A stretch of DNA of 64,000 nt from Eubacteriales bacterium (lineage in GTDB: Bacteria; Bacillota; Clostridia; Oscillospirales; CAG-382). The notes below the pieces were generated by a model. The model made no database searches. It saw nothing but the letters and a program-made list of their open reading frames with translations, and was not told where the DNA came from. Numbering within the stretch: position 1 is the first letter of the stretch; each line of letters starts with the position of its first letter. The position numbers and the translations under genes are program-made. Location of the stretch: contig JAZNZY010000003.1 of the NCBI GenBank assembly GCA_045595165.1, positions 1,374 to 65,373 on the forward strand. Reading direction: 5' to 3'. Positions 56,462 to 64,000 of this stretch are shown in pieces.

Positions 56462-57535
56462 TTAATCAAGAAGTCCCTTTGCATAAAGGAATTCTGCGGT
56501 AAGCAATCCGCCGCCTGCGGCACCGCGGAGTGTGTTGTGGGAAAGGCATACGAACTTGTAATCGAATATGCTGTCCTTGCGGAGTCTGCCTACGCAAATA
56601 CCCATACCGCCCTCGGTATCACGGTCAACGCCGGTCTGGGGACGGTTATCCTCTTCAAAATAGGTTATAAACTGCTTGGGCGCGGAGGGAAGACCAAGTT
56701 TTTGGGGCTCGCCTTCAAAATTCTTCCAAGCGTCAAGCATTTCCTGCTCTGTGGGAGGATTTGTAAACTTTACGGAAACGGTTGCAAGGTGTCCGTCGGA
56801 AACGGGCACGCGAACGCACTGAGCGGAGATAACGGGCTTCTCTGCGTTAACGATAACGCCGTTTTCTACCTTACCCCAGATCTTGAGAGGCTCTTTTTCG
56901 CTTTTTTCTTCTTCGCCGCCGATATAAGGAATAATGTTATCCAATATACCCTCAAAGCTTTCCAGAGTTTTTCCTGCGCCGGAAACTGCCTGATAGGTGC
57001 TTACGTTGATATATTCGATACCGCGATCCATAAGGGGAGTAAGGGCGGGAACGTAGGTCTGGATAGAGCAGTTGGGCTTAACTGCGATAAATCCGCGCTT
57101 TGTGCCCAAACGCTTTTTCTGTGCTTCGATTACCTCGGTATGATGAGGGTTGAGCTCGGGAATAAACATAGGAACGTCGGCAACACCGCGGTTTGCGGAG
57201 TTGTTGGAAACTACGATGATCTCTGCCTTTGCATAGGTTTCCTCGAGATTTTTCGTGTATGCTTTATCCATATCGATAGCGCAGAATACGAAATCGCACT
57301 TTTCCTTTATGGTTTCTATATCCTCGGAATCTACTATTTTCATATCCTTAACGTATTCGGGCATGGGAAGGGGAACGCGCCATCTGTTGCCTACAGCTTC
57401 GGTATAGGTCTTTCCTGCGCTTCTTGCAGATGCGGCAAGACAGGTAACGTCAAAATAAGGGTGGTTTTCAAGTAAGGTAATAAAGCGCTGACCTACCATA
57501 CCGGTTGCGCCTACAATACCGGCTCTTTTTTTCAT
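56462..57535 (-). CDS. asd: Aspartate-semialdehyde dehydrogenase
   Basis: VGATGMVGQRF, KPNCS, TYQAVSGAG, RVPVSDGH, HNTLRGAAG. Confidence 0.97.
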   Translation of the reverse strand: MKKRAGIVGATGMVGQRFITLLENHPYFDVTCLAASARSAGKTYTEAVGNRWRVPLPMPEYVKDMKIVDSEDIETIKEKCDFVFCAIDMDKAYTKNLEETYAKAEIIVVSNNSANRGVADVPMFIPELNPHHTEVIEAQKKRLGTKRGFIAVKPNCSIQTYVPALTPLMDRGIEYINVSTYQAVSGAGKTLESFEGILDNIIPYIGGEEEKSEKEPLKIWGKVENGVIVNAEKPVISAQCVRVPVSDGHLATVSVKFTNPPTEQEMLDAWKNFEGEPQKLGLPSAPKQFITYFEEDNRPQTGVDRDTEGGMGICVGRLRKDSIFDYKFVCLSHNTLRGAAGGGLLTAEFLYAKGLLD

Positions 57536-57553
57536 AATGTTGGTTTTCCTTTG

Positions 57554-58027
57554 CTAAATAAGATCTTTATATACACCGGGAACGCTGTTTTCTATAACTG
57601 TCGCTCCACAGCACTTTTCATAAAAATGTACGGGTCCCGCAGAACCTATAATTGCGTATCCGTATCCTTCTTCCCGCATAGCCTCAAGGCATTTAAGAAG
57701 CAATGCTTTGCCCAGACCTTTTCCGCGGTAATCGGGATGTACGCCGGTAGGACCGAAGAAATCTCTGCAGGTACAATCGTAGCCTGCGAAGCCTATTACG
57801 CGCTTTTCTTTATTATCATATGCGATAAAGCAGGAAACGGGGAAGCGGGTGAACGCGGTGCTTATTTCATCTGCCCAGCCTGTTCCGAAATTTTCGACTA
57901 TAAATTCACGGATAGGCGTCTGATTAGGTGTCATAGGGCGGATAATACGAATATCCTGCTCTTCTATGGATTTATACAGCTCTGTGCTGTCGGGAAGCTC
58001 ATAAAGCTTGACGAGCATATCGGGCAT
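57554..58027 (-). CDS. GNAT family N-acetyltransferase
   Basis: FGPTGVHPDYRGKGLGKALL, FYEK. Confidence 0.88.
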   Translation of the reverse strand: MPDMLVKLYELPDSTELYKSIEEQDIRIIRPMTPNQTPIREFIVENFGTGWADEISTAFTRFPVSCFIAYDNKEKRVIGFAGYDCTCRDFFGPTGVHPDYRGKGLGKALLLKCLEAMREEGYGYAIIGSAGPVHFYEKCCGATVIENSVPGVYKDLI

Positions 58028-58057
58028 AATGCATTTTCTCCTTTTTATGTTGTATTT

Positions 58058-58086
58058 TGGGGACGGATTTTACATATTCCGTCCCC
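58058..58086 (-). terminator. Terminator hairpin
   Basis: GGGGACGGA...TCCGTCCCC. Confidence 0.6.
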
Positions 58087-58101
58087 ATTTTTGTATTTGT
58101 T

Positions 58102-59823
58102 TTATTTGGAAGCTTCGTCGGAAACGTCCGCAGAGGTGTCTTCTTTGGAGGTTTCGTCCTTGGAAGTTTCGTTCTTATCGGTCTTGTCCTTGGAGTTGTT
58201 GTCCTTGGTTATGGTAGCCTTGGTATATGCATCCAGAGCCTTCCAATCGGTGATCATATTATCCTTAAAGTTAAGGGTCTTTATCTTTTCCACATCAAAA
58301 GCGCCCTTAAGATCGGTAAGATCATTGATCATATTATCGGAAAGGTTAAGAGAAGTAAGCTCCTTCTTATTCTTAAGACCGCTTACGTCCTGGATCTTAT
58401 TAGCGGAAAGATCGATAGTGGTAAGCTTGGAAAGCTTTTCAAGAGCAGCAGTGCTGGTAACGCCGCTGTTGTTGAGAGTAAGAGCAGTGAGCTTTGTAAG
58501 ACCTGCAAGAGGAGTGATATCCTTAATGCCGGTGTAGCTTATGGTAAGAGTTTCAAGCTCGGTCATATCCTTAAGAGCTTCGAGGCTTACAAGCTGGTTT
58601 GCGGGCTTCTTATCGGTAAAGGTAAGGCCCAGACCGGTAAGCTTGGTCATTCCTGCGATAGGAGTGAGGTCCACGATGGTGTTGTTGCCGGAAAGATCAA
58701 GAGTTTCAACAGTGGTGAGATCCTTAAGACCGTCGAGAGCAGCAAGCTTGTTATCGGAAAGATTAAGGGTTTCAAGAACGGGTGCGGTAACTGCGATCTC
58801 TGCGATCTCGTTTCCGTCCGCATAGAGAGATTTAAGGTTGTTAAGATTCAGTTCCAGCTTCTTAAGCTTATTGGAAGAAAGGGAAAGGTTTGTAAGCTTG
58901 GAATCTGCCTTGAAGGAGGGGATGGACTCAAGCTTATTGGAGGAAACTTCGAGAGTTTCGAGCTTTTCAAGCTTTTCTACGCCTGCAACGGAGGTAAGGG
59001 AGTTGCTGCCAAGGTAAAGAGCGATAAGCTCGGATGCCTTTTCAACGCCCTCAACAGAGGTCAGCTTGCAGGAAGAAGCGTCAAGTGCAACGAGCTTGGG
59101 GAAGTTCTCAATACCCTCAAGGTTTGCAACGTGAGAATATGCTACGCCCAGGTACTCAAGATTTGTGAGTGCGGAAATGTCCTTAAGAGAGGTAAGATCA
59201 TCGGGAACGATAGCATTGTAGATGGCAGAAGCGGAAACAGAGGATGAGGTTCCGAGAAGCTGTGCATACATACTTGCCATATAAACGTTGTAGTTTATAT
59301 CGTAAGCGGTGCTGCTGTCAATTACGGAAAGCACGCGGAGATTGGTGAACTTAACTATATCTGCTATAGTGGAAGGAGTAGCGTAAACCTGAACGGTGTC
59401 AAATTTGGGTCCTTCGTCCTCGGAGGTATCGGAAGTTTCTGCGGATTCTTCCTTTTCTTCTTCCTCTTCCTTCTCTTCGTTCATAGTGCGGGTGTTTTCA
59501 ATGATGTAATCAGCGTAATCTGCATAACCCAGAGTTACGTAAGGAATGGTAACAGCCTGGTAACCGGTGCTTGCGTCACAGGATACGTAGCAGGAAACTA
59601 CCATAACTTCGAATTTTTCGATATCGTCTTCGCCAAGGAAGCGGGCAGTCTTATCAAGTCCGTCAGCAAGTGCGGAAGCGAAGGCCTGATCTTCGAAATA
59701 GGGGGATACGGAAAGGAATTTGTCAATGGCGATCCAAGCGATCATCGCTACAAGGATCACCGCCAGAGAAACTGCGATGATTGATGTAAGTTTCTTTTCG
59801 TTTTTCTTAAGAAAATTGCTCAT
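58102..59823 (-). CDS. Membrane-anchored leucine-rich-repeat (internalin-like) protein
   Basis: N-terminal TM; about 22-aa L..L.L..N.(I/L)..L..L repeats; low-complexity tail. Confidence 0.88.
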   Translation of the reverse strand: MSNFLKKNEKKLTSIIAVSLAVILVAMIAWIAIDKFLSVSPYFEDQAFASALADGLDKTARFLGEDDIEKFEVMVVSCYVSCDASTGYQAVTIPYVTLGYADYADYIIENTRTMNEEKEEEEEKEESAETSDTSEDEGPKFDTVQVYATPSTIADIVKFTNLRVLSVIDSSTAYDINYNVYMASMYAQLLGTSSSVSASAIYNAIVPDDLTSLKDISALTNLEYLGVAYSHVANLEGIENFPKLVALDASSCKLTSVEGVEKASELIALYLGSNSLTSVAGVEKLEKLETLEVSSNKLESIPSFKADSKLTNLSLSSNKLKKLELNLNNLKSLYADGNEIAEIAVTAPVLETLNLSDNKLAALDGLKDLTTVETLDLSGNNTIVDLTPIAGMTKLTGLGLTFTDKKPANQLVSLEALKDMTELETLTISYTGIKDITPLAGLTKLTALTLNNSGVTSTAALEKLSKLTTIDLSANKIQDVSGLKNKKELTSLNLSDNMINDLTDLKGAFDVEKIKTLNFKDNMITDWKALDAYTKATITKDNNSKDKTDKNETSKDETSKEDTSADVSDEASK

Positions 59824-59873
59824 TTTAATTTGGGCTCCTTTTGGGATTTTTTTATAAAAGTAAAAATTATAAC

Positions 59874-60629
59874 CTAATCTTTGTACGCAAACAGCTCGTT
59901 AAACAGCTCTACATTTGCCTTGTATTCCTCTTCGGTTCTGCCGAACAGCAATTCACCGGCTTCGCTGTTGGGGAAACGGCGTATGCATACTATAATATCT
60001 TCCGGCATCGTATTAAACCCGGGAAGGGAATATATGTCCAGATCCTTAAGGTATACGGAATATTCATCTCTGGGGTTTTCGGGCATATTATCTTCCTCCA
60101 GCACGGTGTCCAAAGGTGCTATTACCTTCATAGACAATGCCAGATCGTAATAATATTCCTCCATAAGATAAATTACCGAATCTCCTATGGTAACTGCCAT
60201 ATTAAACTGCTCTTTCGTATCGGAATCAAGGTCGGCATTTACAACCACTCTTGAATATTCTACGTCTGCAGAAGGATCGGCGAGTATTATCTCCCCATCG
60301 GAAACGTAATCGTCTTCGCCCAATATGGGATAATTCTCATATCTCGTTTCTGCGGCGATGCTTTGTACGGATACTATTCTTTCTCCGTCCCCGTTGGCAT
60401 CGGGTATCATATCCTGCAGCGAGCCTTGCAACAGATCCTGAACGGATATGGAAAGCTTTAAAGGACCGACGTAGAGAATGTTAACGTCGGGCTCGTCGTT
60501 TCTCGAGCAGGATACTACTGCAAAGATCACCAAAGCGATAATAAGAGCAATAGATATTATCATCCATTTGTGGGACCACCAAAGGTGCTCCAGCCACAAA
60601 CGGGCTTCACTTTTTCTTTTTTCTTCCAT
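59874..60629 (-). CDS. Conserved hypothetical membrane-anchored protein
   Basis: WLEHLWW.HKW followed by TM; in the lysS operon. Confidence 0.7.
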   Translation of the reverse strand: MEEKRKSEARLWLEHLWWSHKWMIISIALIIALVIFAVVSCSRNDEPDVNILYVGPLKLSISVQDLLQGSLQDMIPDANGDGERIVSVQSIAAETRYENYPILGEDDYVSDGEIILADPSADVEYSRVVVNADLDSDTKEQFNMAVTIGDSVIYLMEEYYYDLALSMKVIAPLDTVLEEDNMPENPRDEYSVYLKDLDIYSLPGFNTMPEDIIVCIRRFPNSEAGELLFGRTEEEYKANVELFNELFAYKD

Positions 60630-60632
60630 AAT

Positions 60633-62138
60633 TTATTTACTTTCGGGCTTCATGGTGGGGAAGAAGAGAACGTCGCGTATAGCGGGGCTGTCTGTAAGCA
60701 GCATTACCAAACGGTCTATTCCGTAGCCGATACCGCCCGTGGGAGGCATACCCAGCTCAAGGGCATAAAGGAAATCCTCGTCGGTGGTGTTGGCTTCTTC
60801 GTCACCCTGTGCCAGCAAGGCTTCCTGCGCCTTAAAGCGTTCGCGCTGGTCGATGGGATCGTTAAGCTCGGAATATGCGTTGCACATTTCCCAACCGTTC
60901 ATAAACATTTCAAAACGTTCAACGTATTCGGGATTACCGGGCTTTTTCTTGGTAAGAGGGGATATCTCAATGGGATGATCCATAACGAAGGTAGGCTGAA
61001 TAAGATGCTCTTCAACGAATTCTTCAAAGAAGAGATTGAGTATATCGCCCTTCATGTGGCGATCCTCGTATTCAACGTGATGCTCCTTGGCAACCGCGCG
61101 CGCCTGCTCAAGGGTGGTTATTTCGTTAAAATCAACGCCGGAGTACTTCTTTACAGCGTCAACCATAGTGATGCGCTCAAAGGGCTTGCCCAGATCCATT
61201 TCCACACCGTTGTATGTAATGGTGGTAGTGCCGAGAACCTCCTGCGCTACGTGACGGAACATGTTTTCCGTAAGATCCATCATACCGTTGTAATCGGTAT
61301 ACGCCTGATAAAGCTCCATAAGAGTGAATTCGGGATTGTGTCTGGTATCAAGACCCTCGTTACGGAAAACTCTTCCGATCTCGTAAACCTTCTCCAAACC
61401 GCCGACAATAAGGCGCTTCAAGTAAAGCTCAAGAGATATTCTCAGCTTGATGTCAAGATCCAGTGCGTTAAAGTGGGTCTGGAAAGGTCTTGCAGCCGCG
61501 CCGCCCGCATTGGAAACCAGCATAGGCGTTTCAACTTCCATAAAGCCCTGACTGTCAAGATATTTCCGGATGGAGCTTATGATCCTGGAACGGTTGATAA
61601 AGGTCTGCTTTACCTCGCTGTTCATTATAAGGTCAACGTAACGCTGACGGTAACGCATATCGGTATTGGTAAGACCATGGTACTTCTCGGGAAGTATCTG
61701 CAAGCTCTTGGAAAGCAGGGTAACCTTGGAAGCGTGAATGGATATTTCACCGGTCTTGGTAAGGAACACTTCGCCTTCGATACCCACGAGATCGCCGATA
61801 TCCAGCTTTTTAAACGCTTTGTACTCTTCTTCGCCGATACTGTCCCTTGCTACGTAGGACTGAATGCTTCCCTTAAGGTCCTGAACGTTACAGAAGGAAG
61901 CCTTTCCCATAACACGCTTGGACATAAGTCTTCCTGCGATAGAAACGGTCTTGCCCTCCATATTTTCAAAATCAGCCTTGATATCTGCGCTGTGATGTGT
62001 CTGGTTATATTTGGTTATTTCAAAAGGATCGTTACCGCTTTCCTGCAGTTCGGCAAGCTTTTCACGGCGTACACGGATAAGCTCGTTTACGTTTACCGTG
62101 TTTTCTCCGCCTTGTGCCTTTATGTTTTCGTTTTCCAT
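60633..62138 (-). CDS. lysS: Lysine-tRNA ligase (class II)
   Basis: [41 protein letters not shown]. Confidence 0.99.
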   Translation of the reverse strand: MENENIKAQGGENTVNVNELIRVRREKLAELQESGNDPFEITKYNQTHHSADIKADFENMEGKTVSIAGRLMSKRVMGKASFCNVQDLKGSIQSYVARDSIGEEEYKAFKKLDIGDLVGIEGEVFLTKTGEISIHASKVTLLSKSLQILPEKYHGLTNTDMRYRQRYVDLIMNSEVKQTFINRSRIISSIRKYLDSQGFMEVETPMLVSNAGGAAARPFQTHFNALDLDIKLRISLELYLKRLIVGGLEKVYEIGRVFRNEGLDTRHNPEFTLMELYQAYTDYNGMMDLTENMFRHVAQEVLGTTTITYNGVEMDLGKPFERITMVDAVKKYSGVDFNEITTLEQARAVAKEHHVEYEDRHMKGDILNLFFEEFVEEHLIQPTFVMDHPIEISPLTKKKPGNPEYVERFEMFMNGWEMCNAYSELNDPIDQRERFKAQEALLAQGDEEANTTDEDFLYALELGMPPTGGIGYGIDRLVMLLTDSPAIRDVLFFPTMKPESK

Positions 62139-62146
62139 AGATCCAC

Positions 62147-62620
62147 CTACTTGGAAATAGAGATTACGGTGTACTTAACTATACCGCCGGGGGTTTCTAC
62201 GTTGATGGAATCACCTACGCGCTGTCCCAACAGAGCCTTGCCGAGAGGACAGTCATCGGATATTTTTCCTTCGATAGGATCGGATTCGGTAGCGCCGACA
62301 ATGCGGTATTCCTCATCTTGCTCGGTAGCGATGTTGTATATTTTAACCGTGTTACCTACGCTTACCTTATCAGTTTTGATATCCTTGTCATCAAGGATGG
62401 TGGCATTTTCCAGAGTTACCTCCAGCATTGCGATACGGCTTTCGATTTCAGCCTGCTCGTTTTTAGCCTCGTCGTATTCGCTGTTTTCAGAAAGGTCGCC
62501 GAAGGAGCGTGCTTTCTGAATAGCCATTGCAACCTCTTTACGCTTTACTGTTTTAAGGTGCTCAAGCTCGTTTTCAAGCTTCTGGTATCCTTCCTTGGAT
62601 ACAAAAATCTGCTTTGCCAT
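62147..62620 (-). CDS. greA: Transcription elongation factor GreA
   Basis: [28 protein letters not shown]. Confidence 0.97.
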   Translation of the reverse strand: MAKQIFVSKEGYQKLENELEHLKTVKRKEVAMAIQKARSFGDLSENSEYDEAKNEQAEIESRIAMLEVTLENATILDDKDIKTDKVSVGNTVKIYNIATEQDEEYRIVGATESDPIEGKISDDCPLGKALLGQRVGDSINVETPGGIVKYTVISISK

Positions 62621-62649
62621 TTTGTTACCTCTTTTTGTATATGAATATT

Positions 62650-63873
62650 TTAATCTTCGTTTTTAACCGCTTCCAACGCTTTCTGGAGCTGAATGTCCTC
62701 TTCGTCGGTAAGCTGGTAGTATTTGTTTGCAAGCTCTTCGGGCAGGTCTATCTCTATATCGGGAGTAATACCGATACCCTCGTAGTTAATTCCGCAGGGG
62801 GGATTGTAGAAATAGGTGGAAATTCTCACACCGCTGCCGTCATCAAGGGTTATAAGGCTTTGCATTTCGCCTTTACCGTAGGTGGTGGTGCCCACGGTTA
62901 CAGCCATATCGTAATCGCGGAGTGCCGCTGTGAACAGCTCTGCCGCAGAAGCGGTGTTGCCGTTTATAAGCACTGCCATAGGTGCATCGAGAGATTCTTT
63001 TGCGGTAGAGGAATAGGTTTGTATAACCGTTCCATTTTTATCGGATGCGGTGAGTATGGTTCCCTCGGGGAGGAGCATATCCAAAACCTTAACAATAGCG
63101 TTAAGGTCGCCGCCGCCGTTGTTTCTCATATCGAAAACGTAATATTTTACGTTATCCTTCTTTGCCTGTGTAAGCGCTGCCCTGAAATCGTCTGCGGTGG
63201 TCTGGGTGAACTGAAGCACCTCGATCACTGCGGTGTCGCCGATGGTTCTGTAGAAAACGCTGGTATTCTCTACCTTTTTGCGTGTCATAGTAACATCGAG
63301 GGTTTCTTCGCCTCTTTTTACTTTAAGAGTAACGTCCGTTCCCGCTTCGCCTTTTACTGCGTTTACAGCCTTGAAATAGGTTTCCTCGGAGCATACCACG
63401 TCCTCTACCTGAACGATAATATCACCGACTAAAAGTCCTGCGTCCATAGCGGGGGAATCGGGGAATACGGTTATGATATATATTCCCTGAGTAGCGGTAT
63501 CGTAAGACACCTGCACGCCGATACCCACGTAGCTTCCCTCAGAGGTGGAAAGGTACTCCGCCATCTCTTCTGCGGTGTGGTACATAGTGTATTTATCGCC
63601 CAGCGCCGCAAGATATGCGGAGCAGACTGCATCGGAAAGCGCCTCTTTGTCTATATCGCCTACGAAATAATCATTGGCGATTTTTTCGATCTCGCCAAGC
63701 TTGTCATACATATCCTGGTAAGCCGACGTTTCGCCGTTGCCGGAGTTACCAACAAGTTGGGAAATTTTCTCCATATACGCTATATTCAAAGCGGCGGAGG
63801 TGGCAAGATAGGTTGCCACGCACAAAACCAGCGCTACCAAGATACTTATCCAAAGCGAGACCTTTTTGTTCAT
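62650..63873 (-). CDS. S41 carboxyl-terminal processing protease
   Basis: GIGV PDZ, DMRNNGGG, TASAAE, TYGKG.MQ, GITPD. Confidence 0.93.
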   Translation of the reverse strand: MNKKVSLWISILVALVLCVATYLATSAALNIAYMEKISQLVGNSGNGETSAYQDMYDKLGEIEKIANDYFVGDIDKEALSDAVCSAYLAALGDKYTMYHTAEEMAEYLSTSEGSYVGIGVQVSYDTATQGIYIITVFPDSPAMDAGLLVGDIIVQVEDVVCSEETYFKAVNAVKGEAGTDVTLKVKRGEETLDVTMTRKKVENTSVFYRTIGDTAVIEVLQFTQTTADDFRAALTQAKKDNVKYYVFDMRNNGGGDLNAIVKVLDMLLPEGTILTASDKNGTVIQTYSSTAKESLDAPMAVLINGNTASAAELFTAALRDYDMAVTVGTTTYGKGEMQSLITLDDGSGVRISTYFYNPPCGINYEGIGITPDIEIDLPEELANKYYQLTDEEDIQLQKALEAVKNED

Positions 63874-63909
63874 TCAATTTACCTCATTGATTCTTAAAAA
63901 ACGGGATTA

Positions 63910-64000
63910 TCAGGGCTGTTTTGCGGGATAGAATTTTTTGACGTAATATCCGTCGGGCAGATAATCGTCGGGGTTAAGGTAGGAACCGTTTACTATAACG
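63910..64000 (-). CDS. 3' end of a gene entering the window, probably an M23/EnvC-like peptidase
   Basis: ...VIVNGSYLNPDDYLP...QP* resembles an M23 C-terminus; typical position upstream of an S41 protease. Confidence 0.55.
   Translation of the reverse strand, partial: VIVNGSYLNPDDYLPDGYYVKKFYPAKQP

Noticed and set aside
58125-58210. Short tandem repeats at the 3' end of the LRR gene
   Set aside because: Ordinary low-complexity S/K/D/E/T tail.
57551-59247. 328-aa and 396-aa plus-strand ORFs
   Set aside because: Shadows of the GNAT and LRR genes; repetitive and without recognisable features.
60570-62519. 649-aa plus-strand ORF
   Set aside because: Antisense shadow of lysS/greA; biased codon usage in highly expressed genes removes opposite-strand stops; no motifs or RBS.

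Overview
64 kb of chromosome from an anaerobic, spore-forming Bacillota (Clostridia, probably Oscillospiraceae/Ruminococcaceae-like; inferred from gene content). It is mostly housekeeping: the start of an Hnd/HydABC-type hydrogenase operon, rph, trmL-mnmE-mnmG-rsmG, secA, asnB, spoIIAA-spoIIAB-sigF, rsmI, polA, serC-serA, yqfC/yqfD/ylbJ, asd, greA-lysS and a carboxyl-terminal protease, plus glycoside hydrolases, SGNH esterases, surface proteins and one tRNA-Gln(UUG). I saw no transposase, integrase, phage gene, CRISPR array or rRNA. The notable signals are mostly non-coding. (1) A dispersed hairpin repeat family (7 copies at 5 loci, short and long forms) always faces a terminator hairpin with the same end. 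(2) A ~180-bp ladder of nested inverted 10-mers with side hairpins lies just downstream of the tRNA. (3) An ADP-ribosylglycohydrolase gene is bounded exactly by a 19-bp RBS-containing direct repeat at the head of a cassette-like gene run. (4) A secreted M23 peptidase gene is split by a single in-frame TAG and paired with a lipoprotein. (5) That gene shares a promoter motif with a YD-repeat lipoprotein gene 30 kb away. All calls come from reading motifs by eye; no database searches were run.
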